Shown here piece after piece: positions 13,001 through 23,600 of a stretch of DNA of 41,475 nt. A model generated the notes under the pieces. It searched no databases and was not told the DNA's origin. It saw only the letters and a list, made by a program, of their open reading frames with translations. The stretch covers positions 1 through 41,475 of the forward strand of contig MEDY01000276.1 of assembly GCA_001724265.1 (NCBI GenBank), read 5' to 3'. Within the stretch, counting starts at the first letter, position 1, and every line of letters begins with the position of its first letter. Both the position numbers and the translations under genes were made by a program. The DNA comes from Rhizaria sp. SCN 62-66. Lineage: Eukaryota.

Positions 13001-13464
13001 AGCAGCGGCGGCAGCGCGGGCCCCAACGCCACAGCGCCATTGCCTGTCACCGTCGCAGCCGCGGTCGCGGTCGCGGTAGCGGTGGTGAGACCGGTGCGGC
13101 TCCAGTCCTCGCTGCGCGCGGCGCTCTCCGCCGCGGCGGCCTTGCGCGCGCGCGCGCGCGCCCGCTGCGCGTGCCGGGTGTCCCGGTCGGCCGGGGCGCT
13201 CGCACCGGAGGATAACAGCGCGGCCGAGTACGCAGTGAGCGCCGCCGCCAAGGGGCGGTCCATGCCGGCCTCGTCCCAAACCGGCGCGCGCGGGCGACGA
13301 AAGCGCAGCGTCGGGGGCAACGTGCGTAGCGCCGGGTCCTCCTCGGCGTCGGCGTCGCGCGCGGAGGCCGAGAGCTGCTCAGAGTCGCTCAGCGGGTCCA
13401 CGGGTGGCGGCGCGGGCGGCGGCGCGGGGTTGTCATCCAGCAGCAGGGACATCAGACGCTCCAT
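4051..13464 (-). CDS. 3137-aa uncharacterised Ala/Ser-rich protein with an EF-hand-like conserved block, coiled-coil-like segments and acidic tracts
   Basis: 9.4 kb uninterrupted ORF from ATG (13462-13464) to TGA (4051-4053), with GC-rich codons and AT-rich flanks. Globular-looking block at ~10280-10820 (QGNMDLY...LWW...ITKRTY...EADWRRDSAG...LFAIADTWT...LFNAIT). Confidence 0.85.
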   Translation of the reverse strand: MERLMSLLLDDNPAPPPAPPPVDPLSDSEQLSASARDADAEEDPALRTLPPTLRFRRPRAPVWDEAGMDRPLAAALTAYSAALLSSGASAPADRDTRHAQRARARARKAAAAESAARSEDWSRTGLTTATATATAAATVTGNGAVALGPALPPLLPALPRLGTASSSSFVAASSSLQLPAPANAAAAAHASDSSSALTVRSNRPGSSAGAGVDVAAVGAMFAQSSELSAELGRYYDVLIGVEAARWADRARRRQRRRNRRRRRAARELALARDRAGYRAGSSIGPGRVGAAGESALASNNRDNSDSDDQNGSDSYNSDDDYDYDDDYGDGGRDSEDEELDRERAEDEEEEEGTGYNTNAAAVAASNVGATGLDWSRFAVPAPPGTFTLSQSQNALALSHSRGELTAALEAMATGTGPLAPVARADTLGLALPSYTETGSYENTYTGADAVSHTFSRTFANTAAFGDTYTYARAHAAEREYARAAPAGSTTALGTPLALALRRRRTGRRSRAHSGLLAAASRFDSSSAAGGAGADDGEDEAGAGGSGAGARRARGGGDLWERRRQQQEIELTRLLRTLKHKAAAFLRDDPSAASTASGAHMARHSDSGGAAAGAASGGGGATGVDALVLALGVAFQNAQLLADSCARVRSHLYSLGRQGKVALFAEQPRNTPTPAQRPRSSAASGDAAADGADDAEDSGLALAMTASDIAVAADQALARKRLQREQAQAQAATEAAVQAEAEAAAAAAAAAAAAAAATPSRTGRQLSRRGVATSGFVATEAGATPGSRLRSLPARGAATGAGPKTGLAAPAPPTDRRLPQRGGPLRAGLRSSGSGFSAITGSAKPSAPASTGDHDEYDDAEQAAAARAAAVAASRAPISIPLSVQGNMDLYDTATVVRRQMLLYEPSLLAVTKLWWAACDHEFVPLSTLVPPAHAAGPGALSAAALNQQLTRALNGGRPAPSSAAGSADPASAQLRAVITKRTYCHAMLLSYLSLRPEAAADSPLTALAVVEADWRRDSAGLAHMTVGMLHRALFAIADTWTTGVALSLSCDLLISLFNAITEPLPADAPPAAGGYGRRRRLKSLPDVYAAALAAAAASTGASSTGAGRARSGSHPHLPDAHSLLLASLALPHLPPPNAASAHAALMRPLLQRLRRRRRHSLPAGWELPRGAASARGLARACARAHTDANIAGGAQHALALSLYPARGELLAAQEALASRMAPVLRRLRRERRRAAEAAEALMKEHLRAAARRREHAEARARARAQALAAARDGDDSDEADGERKGAVETQLDALMGRFAKLQLESALPQALATGPGAVKAPRRTMAEIVMGARQAYDAARLQSTAASAGGSGAEQAAASAAVVAEFEAAASELEALAATAATAAAEATAAAASESDTAAGRGPGGPRAGAAAIAAAHAAANAAAAARQAPPAVTRTGSQTTESDAAAAKEGGASLSRMEHLHASATLLVDGIKSSIQTVRDTGIAHKLVVTVHDGSAKPALDEDDEIAAVPEVTDAATGDAAAPGSVSDSAAKTASNSVGDGEAASAPGASVADSTAESTATAASDALLTKPVRAPTQWELQEEAWRLEQAALAAAEEEARLVQERKAAAEALARQKIALMRREARAKRAMLEQLQRGALAGAEEVDFDAILNSFNTDAADAEDEAADEAAADAAAAAAAAEAEAEAGKAPRRRRRRGDSQYGFDEEVLAILRSTTAAAGAGEDDVALGPSAGLGLAALRDGGFGIGAGANEEELSPEALTAAAAGTASALATALGNGSPTPAVGAAARAALAAHVALLGARYRINLGASSLSDAGTNTGPVAARKDVFDWDTAPPAEARSRAALLAVAVASSERRLTELGLLRRCAPYTSRGLRASRNAPVNDAAPADATVSPTPSGGRKASIAWLEMRASVPASSVLPLLVKIALARVAAWRLWRRQTRRAHREHQEALARAAGAKSPQVKGKGKAAAGKKGKGKKEKHAPALSTAPSTESDSASTSDSDSASDSDPGATALGDDAQLSSSSDDDVIAAAVGRPTSPAASTAPAPRPRLGPRELVAVARVLRAHSAPGDGNGANSGGSGMVRLLLQIASARREGARLGRRSRTLAREQEQARARAGAAAASPGVANMVGHGMGAMMKVLKDKEFMRAHLTPTASPLTRGLAQGGALPARGRGAVSPHRHATPAASSDEVRAVDGGDDPQRATSPSATGAIAVAGSVCANCGAVAGAKGFSCGCEAPLGSDVTLDGEGGDAHVSWRIPPLGVISAAEQDRSHSSFSYGSPRQQQQTPSSQQHSPLHPLRRLIPSALAFSPLPASSPLVVGAEGRTPAAAASTPLWQQFRDAGGRTGPVSGSFSSNTAALGDWREGSPMPLSLPTPALPSSTTAGAARSARGAWLRPQSQLQHRGRGRGSGTRDGDDGAYESIELVDAEGNYVVFTPKGADVATEHSSTAARIGGFRVVSNPFSPMRPASGSALVAHARADPRGSSSSTADAPTAAGRLRGRLGDEWLGSADVVAVAAPAASVEASRASAVAEVTRALGDLTRVPSALETHPVNERSVVSAEVATPLVPSVALVGVGRGGLMTRETFLSYAGTGRNVNASSAAKPTGAVFDTSSAANESLSSVHPYYAHNDSRSNSRAQSHSRSQSRSQSRAQSFQTLSLRSPMTNEGGELYDAFCQSVAAAAAATYTATHPYALPEVSESEDEVNTSGSRPTLTSTRGGARGAGFSTTGLHNAISSALQRLRRLQQLPWFRNHTTAATESVEGPRGVELALALSPRPTGVTAAALAPPAAAVELRRREHVEHSRPHRFATPGAAQAVLPATALSPVAARGEQDGDEALPQSLSQSLLQLQNMSQSMMHLQAAQAQARAQSQPELYFQNLLLTHYGLSVTATASLAAAAAVLGISLSHLAPSVAAATKLDDPQAQGQALAVSAQAKPPLSARGARSGPNPGLPILSEGTTLASASALHAARPHSRAQPPSQLHSLSLLAQQHAHLRPHSQSARTTTQPSPAQSMYVPVQQHSHNNGSQSARGNAGFSGLPSLAPLARSATGSSAALLPRNVVSAVAPFAPPAPTTAAGHSGGAESAYAFGSFRPSMGAVAGGMSASQRAAVAVLARQESERARKNKTVGGSGAKSLW
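5504..5573 (-). repeat. Degenerate Ser/Arg/Gln tetrapeptide repeat (SRSNSRAQSHSRSQSRSQSRAQS)
   Basis: Imperfect ~12-nt periodicity inside the minus-strand ORF. Confidence 0.6.
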
Positions 13465-14696
13465 TGAGGCGCGAGGAGCTTACCGGAGTAAGGAAAAGCG
13501 CTCGGGCGCGCGTTGAGATGCTGATGAGATTGACTGCTAATCTTCACTGAGCTTGCGAAGGAGGGTGGTGTAGGGGGCTCCCAGCCTTGCTGAACGTAAA
13601 CACACCCACAAGACGGAATGCAGATCAAGAGCACAAAGACGCAACACAAATACCTGTTTGAAAGTATCAGTAAACACGGGCGCGAAAGCGACGTGCTTGA
13701 TGCGGCGAGATAAGTTGCCTTTTAAGCCTACACGTTGAAGAGGAGACAGAGCGAGGAAACCGTTTGGGGTATGGTGAGTTTAGAAGAGACTTTCCCTGGT
13801 ATCTATATGTTCTCTCGCAATATAATTAAGGAAAAATAAAGGCTGTTCTACAGGCAATGTCGTTTGCAATACGGCATTGCGATAGACGGATATTGTGCAA
13901 CTATCAAGCTTGTTTTTGAGAGTCATTTCGGGCCAACTGGACAACTCGTCTTCGATCTCGCCGGGCGGTCTTGGCTATTATTACATGCACTGATGTGTGA
14001 TGTCAACGCACGGGCGTATACCTTGGATATGTATTTTTTTTTATTAAGAGGTATGTTATGAGTTTACTTGCGACTGCTTAAGGCTTGTATTTGTCCTTAT
14101 GGATCTGCTATGCACATTTCGATGGTTTCGATCTTGCAGCATTCTGGATGAGTACTGCAGTAATCTGTGCCAGGACCAATCAAAACCTGCATGATTGTTG
14201 TGAGAGGCAGCCATTTCATGCTTATTTTGACACTTAACTGATGTTTTCTCTTTGGAGTCATGCTGAGGACGACAAAGTCTTGCAGTGTTATGAACTCATT
14301 CGTAACTTAAAGTCAGTGATACCAGAAGGCTAACCGTTTCCGTAGGCAAAATTAAAAAAATATATTATAGGCAAGGTTGTCAACCTTTGAATTCTAAGTT
14401 GAAATGGACAACAGCTTGGATTAAACTACGTTTTGACAACGTTTGGTAGATTGACCACAAATGCCGTCACAGCGTTGTGGTCGCGAGCTGGGTCCCCTGG
14501 TCCTATCTTCACAACGCCCCAAGTGCACGTGCTTCATTCTTCCGTCTTTTATAGAATCGACAACTTAATTGGAAGCACGACACGTAATATACTATGATTT
14601 TTCTTTCTAACTTTTCAAAACTGCCACTATCTCTCGTAAATTCTCATTTGATTTTCCCCTATTTCCCCTTCGCTCACCCAGAGACTTGCTCCGTCC
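13465..14696. promoter_or_regulatory. Divergent (head-to-head) intergenic region, probably holding both promoters and 5' UTRs
   Basis: AT-rich 1232-bp spacer between the ATG of the minus-strand gene and the ATG of the giant plus-strand frame. A pyrimidine-rich tract (14597-14671) precedes ATG 14697. No specific element is proven. Confidence 0.6.
13590..13653 (-). other. Candidate 64-nt spliceosomal intron in the 5' UTR of the minus-strand gene
   Basis: Minus strand reads CAG|GTATTTGTGTTG...T-rich...TTACGTTCAG|CAAGG. Based on motif appearance only. Confidence 0.3.
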
Positions 14697-17600
14697 ATGT
14701 CAACCGGAACGGCGCACATTCTCTCCCCAGCTGGGCTATGGGCCTCGCTTCCATACCGCCCCACGGACCAAGTATCTTCTTTTCTTGCAGACGCCGCGCG
14801 CTACCGCGATATGTTCATCGGTAGCCGTGGCTTCCCGCGCCTGCCTCTTGAGCCTCTCTCGCTCGCCACCCCCGCCGCGCCCGACGTCCCCGCACCCGCC
14901 CCGGCGCCTGCCCAGGCTCTCACACTCACACCGCTCCCGATCGCACTTGTTGCGTGCGTGCCCGGGACCGCGTTGCTGGCGGCCGCGTTCGCGCGCGCGC
15001 TGAACGGCCCGAACCTCTGCTCCCTCGCGCTCGCCGCCACACCCCTCGGTCTCGCTTGCGCCGTCCCCACATCCGCCTCTGCCGCGACAGCTGGTGCTGG
15101 ACAAGCACGCGCGGCTCACACAGCGGCAACCCAAATTGGCGCCGCTGCGCGCGATGTGTATTTCCTCTTGTGTAGCACGGACGTCGCCAACGATTCTTCG
15201 AGCGCAATGAACAGTAGCGCAACTGGTAGCGCAACCAGCTCTGTGCAACCCACTGCCACTGCGATGCACGGGCCGGCGCGGCTCAACTTTGCGATGCTCG
15301 GCCGCATTGACCCTGCGGCTGCGCTGCTCGACCGGCCGAGTTTCCACGCCTTCGAGGAGTACTTACATCTGCTCATCCCCTTAGAAGCGTTGTTGCCGCG
15401 CCACGCGCCTCTCTTTGCGCGCCTGTGTCCCACCACCGACAGCGCGAACTCTAAGCCAAGCGATAGTGACGGCAACAACAGCGAAGATGCGGAGACTGTG
15501 CTGGTCGCCGCTGCGGTGCTGCGCGCGCAGGGCTTCTCCACCGTGTTCTCATTGCTCGCTTTCTCGCCCGCCACCGACAGCGCCGCCGCCATCGCTGCCG
15601 CGTGTGGCCACAGCAACAGCAACGTGGCCGCCGCGGACGTGCGCGCGTGCCTGGCCCGCGCCGCAGACCGCGCGGCGCTGCTGCGCGCGCACGCTGCGCA
15701 CCTCGCGCGCTCCGCAGCTGCGCACGGCGCAGTGTACGACCCCGTCCGCGACACGGCGGCCGCGGTCCCGCCCGCGCCCGCACTCACCGTCGCGCAGACT
15801 GCAACAGCGGCGTCGGCCACCGTGGCCGCGCTGCAGCGTTTTGCGGCGGGGAACCGGGTCTACGGACTGCACCCTTGGGGCGTGCCGCGCACCGTCGGGT
15901 CCGAGGCCGAGTCCGCAGTCAATATCACAAACCGTACCGTCAGTGTCGCACCGAGCTTGCTCCGCGACGACTGTGCACACATGGCAGCCAATGTGGGCAC
16001 ATCGTCGTCACTGGCCGCACGCAGCTGTGGCTCCGCTGCGCTCGGTAGCGCGACTGAGGCGGCGCGGGCTGTCGTCACTGCGTGGGCGTCGGCCGCCGGC
16101 GTCAGTGCAGCCGTAACTGCGATGCTCACTGCGCCGTATTCTCCGCCTGCCGACAGCGCCGACAGTAAAATAATAGCGACTGGCGGCGCTGGTGTGGGCG
16201 CACTGTGGCAGCTGCTGCTGCTTGACTGCGACCGCCTGCGTGACTGGCTGACTGCACGCTTATCAGGCGCATCACCAGACTCTGCTGCAGAGCCAGCGCA
16301 ACACAACAAACTTGGGACGGAGACTGCGTCCGTAGCTGTGTTGGTGTTGTTTATCCGCGAACTTCAAGCCGCCAATATTGACTTCGACAGCGCTCTTGCA
16401 AAGTCGACTCAGACAACAGCCAGACAGAGTGCCGATGTATCTGCTCCTGCGGTTGAGCAGAGCACAGGATTTGCCGCACGGAGTGGTGCAGCTGCCGTGT
16501 GGCGCGACGGCAGTGCTGCGCAGCCTCAGAGTGCATTTGACGGCAGTGATCGGCGTGGCGCGAGCGCTGCTGCCGGCGATCTTGAGCTCGCTGTGCTAAG
16601 CCCGCGCACTGCCAATGCGAACCCCGTGTCAAGTGTTACAATGGCCGCATCGCCCCCCACGAAGACTGTCGAGAGCGGCGCGGTGCGTTTGTCGACGGGC
16701 AAGCTGCGCCACCTCTGGACCCACTTCACCACTCGCTTGCGCCGGCCCCGCGTTGCCTCCACGGTAGCTCCTCGCAGCGTTGTACAGTGCGGCGCGGCGC
16801 TCCGCGTCGATCAGAAGCAGCGCGGCGTCGAGTTAATGCCGCTGATTTCCGCCGGACCGGAGGCTGCTGCGGCTGACAACCGTGAGGCAGATGCGATCGG
16901 TGTTGATGCCGCGACGACAGATGCGGACGCTGACGCGAACGAGAGCTTACGCGCCGCTGCGTTGACGTCGCCGATGTTCGCGCTGTACGCTTCCCTTGTT
17001 GGCTCTCTTGTTTGGCCTCTGATGCGTGCGCTTCCGCCAACATCAACATTACCCGTTGCGGACAGTGTTCGCGATAGCGTAGTATCAGCTGCCATTATTG
17101 ATGCTGTCCCCGATGTTGCCGCGGCTCTTGACATCTTTGCTCTCGCACCCGCAGACGTCACGTTAACTCCAGAGTCTCTGTCCACGCACATCGCGACACT
17201 CAAGCTCGACTCCGACTCCGACACAGACACCGGTGCTGACGCTGCGGATACCGAGTCGCTGCATGAGCGCGAGCGCCGCCACCGGCAGCGCGCACAGCGG
17301 CAGCGCGGGCTTGACGTGTTGTACGCCGCGCTGCAATGGCTCGAGCCGCGCGGACTGTGGCGCCTGCTCCACGTCGCCGCCGCGGCCACGGCCAGCGCGA
17401 CGGCTGCGGCGGAGTGGGCCCTGGCCCCACAGGCTGCGCGCGATCGCGAGCTCGTCGCTGCAGCTTTGGTCGCGCTGAACGCATCACCCATCTTGGGCAG
17501 CGATGCAGGCGTGGGCCCTCCGAGCAGCGCGGTTGCCGTGACATTGACTAGTGAACGCTGCGCGGCGTGCGCACAGCAGCAGCGAGATCAGCGCGTTTCT

Positions 17601-20600
17601 GACTGCGAGTATGCGCTTGGTGATGATCCTATCTACGGCGTGTTCCCGGCTGCGCGGACCGTTGTTGTCTGCACCCATATCCGCTCTTCGAGTGCTGACG
17701 CATTGGTGCCTCTGGACTCACCCGCTTTCGCAGCCTCAACTGCAGCGGAGAGTCCCGCGCCTTCAGCGCCGACAGCCGTTCCGTCTGTGACAGATATTGA
17801 TTTGGCGCGCGTGCGGCTGCTGTGTGCACAAACGACGGCCCGCCGCAGCGTGACTGCGCTGTATGTTACCCTGTGTCTGCTCACGGTCACGCCATGCGAT
17901 CTTGAGGAGGTTGCCCGCGTTGCATCTGCGACTGCACCAAGTGCCGGAAACCCTATCTCGCCGCTTTCTGTTGAAGGCAGCGCCCCGACAGACGCCACAA
18001 CAGCCACATTTTCACTGGCCGACGCGGAGCTCTCTAGTGGCGCTATCAGTACTGCTTCTGCGAGGCGGGTAAACTTCCTGCCTGGCGGCAAGTTACTGCC
18101 TACGAGCGAGAGTGCTTTACTGCAGCTTCCGTCGGCACGTCGCCTTGTGCGGTCTCTTCACAAGTTTGCTTTATTGAGCAGCACGAACAGCAGGTAGCGC
18201 AACACTAACTTGCGCGCCTTAGAGCCACTGCGCACTGCAGCAGCAAACGCACTTTGTGCGCTGTCTGGTAGGCGCACACCCAGCACCGCAACAGAGCGCG
18301 CAGCGGAGAATGCCGCATTGACAGCTTACGCTGCGGCTCTGGAACCGTCTCTCGAGGTGCGCACGCGGGGGACTGAAGTTCTATCTGCTCCAGCACTTGT
18401 TGAGATGGTCTCTAGCTCAGGAACTCTTGACTCGACAAAGCCTTATGATGAGGACAACAACGAACGATTTGACCCATCGCCAATTGCGCGCTTATACTTT
18501 CAGTCGCCGTTTGCGTGGTCAGCGCCTGTTGTCACCGAGGCGACGGTCACTTACGTGCCGACGACTGGCGCTGATGGCGGCCGCGTCTTGACTGTGAACA
18601 AGCTGATGGCGCCTGTGTTGATCGATACCCACGCTTCAGGTAAGTTTGATTTGACGAACGCTGGTGGCCAAATCACATCGGGCGATGGGCTGTGCGTTGC
18701 ACTGATTCCACTGTCTGCGTTCGGTGACCTATTGTCGTCAGCGTCGCTGACATCGGGCGTGGTGTACTACAGCTTCACTCTCTACTTGTTGCACTCAACC
18801 GCAGATTCTGCCAAGTTACCGGCGCTGCCGCCAGCGTCTAGCCCTGTTGACCGTCCGACGCGTACACCGCTACTGCGCACACCGGCCCGCGTGCTCCACT
18901 TACCCTCTGCCGCTGGTGCGCGCAAGGCTGGTCCGATTGTTGTGATTGAGTCAGTGGCGACATCAGCGACATTGCTGGCCCACGCACCGCTCGTCTCCCT
19001 TCCGGCGTTAGCGTTGGCCCCGCCACACGCGTTTTTACGCGCCAAGGGCATAGGATTGCTCGCCACAGTTGACTCTGTGTGGCAGCTTCTCGCGCTTGTG
19101 TTGGGACTGCAGCGTGAAGTCACGGCGACTGTGCTTTCGCCAGCGTCAGCCGCAGCGATCGCAACCGCTGCTATTGCCGCAGCCCCTGTTCCATCTGGGT
19201 CTGTTACAGGCGCGCTATTCTCTGTTCTTTTGGACCAGGCTGCGTACCTTTCGCGTGAGGCGGCTTCGCAACTGTCTCATCTCACGACTGCTTTGAGGGT
19301 GAATATTGTTGAAACGTTAGAGTTCAAGGCCGCAGTTTCTACTCTTCGCATAGTTTTGTTCACTCTATCCCTTGCCGCACCTGTTGTGGCATCGTTAAGT
19401 CGTCCGTCGCCCTCGGATCAGGAGCTTGCGCAGTCGCAACCAGTACGACTCAACGCACACACCGGCCTGACAGGACATTCGTTAGCTGCTGCAGTGGGTG
19501 CTCTCGTACAGGCCTTGCTGCCTCCGTTTAATGCGCATCCGCACCGTACAAACGCTGTAAGCTCTCCCAACGGTGCCAGTCTGCCCGTTTGCCTTACTCC
19601 ACTTGAGCTCGCGAAATGCTTGCCGCCAAACACACTTGAGGCCCGCCGTGCCCTGCGCTCGGTGATCACTCTCGCTTTTCTCCCTATTGCTGCAACCGTC
19701 GCTCAGCCCTCGGGCGCTCCGCCGTTTTTCCCACTGATGTTGCTGGCGAACGCGCTAACCCCCGCGCTGTCAGCGCGCGACGTCCCCACCGTGCGCGCTC
19801 TCGCCACTGCAGCGCTTGCCCGTTTGCCGGCGTCGCCTGCACTACCGCTCGCTTCCGCGCCTGCAAAGGCTGCGGCGGCGCTGGCTCGCAATCGATACTG
19901 GGCCGAGGTCGCTGATGTTGTTGCGGCGGACACAGCTGTGGAGTTGGCGCTTTGGAGTCGCGAGCGCGCGCGCGCCCGTGCCCGCGCCCGGCGTGCAAGG
20001 AAGAACGCGATTTTGACGGCTGCAGGCCGTGCCCGAAGCCAAACCTGGACTGAGGACTTTTCAGCTGCGTCTCTCTTTTACTGCAAGTGTGAGGCCTCAG
20101 ACGCACCTGCGACTGCTGATGAGACTGTCGAGGCAGAAACATCGCAAACTGTTGACGATTTTGTGGCGAAGCGGAACCAGTTTGCGCTTGCGGACCCGGC
20201 AACGCTGCGCATGGTGCGTACCGAGAAAGCGGGGCTCTTTCTCGTCTCTATCGCTGCGAACCAAGTGTTTGCGTCAGACAGCCAGGACACAACGGTCAAT
20301 GCAGTTGCCACGGCCGTGACACTTATCCTGGGCGCAACCAACGCTGTTGCTTGGGACGATGGCGTGGAGAGTGCATGCGCGCGCTCTTCTATTGGGAGCG
20401 AAGACACTTTATTGACCGCAAATATTACCGACCCCCCTTCTCAACTGACAGGTGGGTTGTCACTCAGTGTGCTTGCGGACGCTCACTACCAGTGCTGCCC
20501 ATGGTTCTCCGAGCTTGTTTCGAGCCACAATAAGCATTGTGAGTCTGTGAAGAACGCCATTCACGCAGCCCACATAGCGCCTCGGACTAGTAGTGACACG

Positions 20601-23600
20601 TTTAATGCTCTCGCACAGTCTCACGTTGGTTGCTTCGCAAATAACGACGCAGCAAGTGGTGCACTTGTGGCGTGCTCAAAAACCTGTCTGTGGCTGAAGC
20701 TTTGGGCAGCACAAGACTCAGCGCTTTCATATGCACCCAACGCACGACCGGATGGGTCCGCGAATGTTGCTGAGAGCGATACTCGGTTATTGTCCCGCCG
20801 TGCACTGCTGCATCGTTTTGTCATTTCGTTCATTGACCAAAGCAAGACGGGTAGTGTGGCCAGCGATACTATTGCAACTGCGGTTCAGACGTATTTATCT
20901 GCGATTGCAGCACAACCGGGCTTCGCCACCGTTAAGGACATGGTTTCTGTGGCGAGCACTGCTACCATTGAGTTTAGGAGCGCCACGGATACTGTCCAAA
21001 CGAAAGCTATTCTCGGAACCACAGCGATTCTATTTGCTGCTCTGGCTGCCGGTCTGGCATTATCATCTACAACATGCAGTGCTGATGATACATCGCTGAT
21101 TTCAAACATTCTATTGACGGTGGGCGATATCACGGCGTCAGCATACGTCTCTACTGATGCGGCGCGCATTCTCGCGTCAGGAGACTCATTCGCTGGAGCT
21201 TCAGGTGAGATTGGTATCTCCGTCCCACAATCGCTTGTTTCTATGCTGCAACGTGGGATTGCCCGTGTTTCTACTGCTGTTGACTCCGTATTTGCGTCTA
21301 AAGTCGACGGTGGAGCCGACAGTCCGACGACCGCCAAGCATGTCGTCCACGATATTGCGATGATCTTACCACTCACAACGCGTGCAATCTGCACGAGGGC
21401 ATCTTCGCGCATGGTTTCTTCCCTGGCCTTACTGACCCACCCGAGCGAGTTGACAGCTGCTGTGATGAGTTACTCAGCAGAATCTGCGATGATAGCTGCA
21501 GATTTGGCGAAGACGAGTGCGTTTGCATCATGTGCTGCTGAGCTATTCGACAAACCTCTTGCGGCGTTACTTTCCCCTCTGGCAGCCACTTTACGCGAAG
21601 GCGCGGACGCGTCCACGTTGAAGGCTCTTGCGTGGCTCTCCGATACGTCGCTGATATCAGCGCACGCTGAGAGTGCGAACAAAAACGCTGCTGACGACAC
21701 CGTCTTACACGCTCTCTCTCCGGGGAGTCTTGCACTGACTCTTTTCAAGACTGCTACTCATGCTATTTCTTCTTCTGTTACTCTTGGTGGCTTTAACGGG
21801 GATTTCACGGTTGCTGTCAAAGAGTGCCTTCCTTTGAGCACACCACTGCTCTGCTCCGCATACGCTTTACTCACCGGGTCTGATGCTGGAGCCCCGCTTT
21901 CAGCTGCGGCGTTTTATGATCCAGTCATCTCTTCACAGCTTTTCAAGACTGCGACAGCAACGGTGGGCGCACATTCCAGCTCTAGGATAAGTTTGCACGA
22001 CACCGCTGCTGCCGGTCTGATGCACTGGAGCGATGCACTTGCATGCATCACTCCCATCATCACTGTTAATACCCGTTCTTTACACTTCTCATCTTTTGCT
22101 ATTTCGGTTGCTACCTCATGTGAGATGTACGATAGCATTGTCGCGCTCTCCACACTACTGGCACCGCATGACGGTGAAGTGCTGAACCTCGACGATGATT
22201 TGTCTGCTCTAATGTCGTTCTTTCCTTTGCCGATCCCACCCCGCCGCGTTCTGGCGAGCAAGACTGGTGCCGTGCGTGCAGAGAGTCTGACAGATGAACA
22301 GTGCGTCGCTGCGCGCAAATTCTTCAAGAACCACTCTGATGCTCTCATGCTTGCACCAGCCGGCCGGTGTGCAACAGTGTCTTGCGAGATGTCGCGCACA
22401 TTGCGTCAAACTCTCTCTGCTCAGAAGAGCGTCGATGACGCTTTAGACCACGACGACAGTGATATTGAGAGAGTGTGTGATGTGACTGTCGGGACAGAGA
22501 TGCTGACAATGGTTATCTGGCCTCTAGCTCTGCAACGTCTAAACTGTCTAGCACAATCTACTCTTCTTCCTAACATAGCACACTCTCAGTGCGATAAATC
22601 CGGCCAGATGTGCGAGTCACAACCGCTTCTGTGGTCAACCGCAATCGATGTTTTTGCACCAACTGTCGCGGAGGCAACTGCCGAGTTTACAGCCTCCCAA
22701 CAAGTCAACCGCTCTTGGGAGAGTTTTGTATGCGCTCGGCTTCGGACTGAGTGCGCAGAGTTGTCGTCGTTCATCATGAGCCCTGTGCAGGTCGCCGATG
22801 TGACTGAGTCCGCGACTTCGATTGCATCTGCATTTGAACTTGCCGATATTGTTGTGGCTTTGGCAGATGCTGCGTGCTCGCACACGAACGACGTGTCCCC
22901 CTTGAGCTTGCTTCTATCTCTTGCAAACGGTGACACCACGGGCGCGAAGACTGGTGTCTCAGAGTTGTGCCAAATTATTCGCGCAGTGCTGCCTCATGTG
23001 CCCTTCCGTGCACTTAAGCACTGCTCATTGTCGCATTCCCCTGATCCGGCTCCCGGAAAAGTGTACGATGCTGAGTCTACTGTTGGCATGATCAAGACAT
23101 ATCTCAGCTCGGCCGACGCATCTGTCCGCGGTGCCGTTCCCCTTCCTGTCTGCCGTGCACTGCTGGCGCTGTTTACAGACCGCGTTTGTCGGCTGTCATA
23201 TTGGCAGCGTCGCTGGCTGCATTTGCTCTCTACTCCGAACTCGTCATTGGCGAGCCTCGTGACGCTTGCCGTCCCCTTGACAACAAGCGCAGGCGATTCG
23301 GAGGAGTCATCGCTTGCTTTTTCTGAGGCTGTGTTTGCGTCAGTACTTTGGATTACCCCACAGCTACGAAATGTTGCTAGTGCATTGCTGACAACTGCGT
23401 CTCACTCAAACTACACAGAAAACGATGTGCTCTTGGCATTCAGTGCGTTCCAGCGTACTGCGCGTATTTTTTCCAGGATCAGGTCTAAGCTTATTGCATT
23501 CGCAGCTGCATTGTGCGCCTCAACTGCTGAGCTAGACACTCATGTGACAAATGCCAGCTATCTGCTGCTTCAAGCTCTTCCGCGTGTTGTGTTTACAGCG

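Noticed and set aside
13465-14295. N-terminal extension of the minus-strand gene: 277 codons with only TAA/TAG stops and no TGA
   Set aside because: The stretch is AT-rich, holds seven TAA and two TAG, and its translation lacks the Ala-rich style of real genes here. Treated as UTR/promoter; worth revisiting only if UAA proves to be sense.
14453-14520. Possible tRNA (for example a CUA suppressor) in the divergent spacer
   Set aside because: No cloverleaf, T-loop GTTC or anticodon arm can be built.
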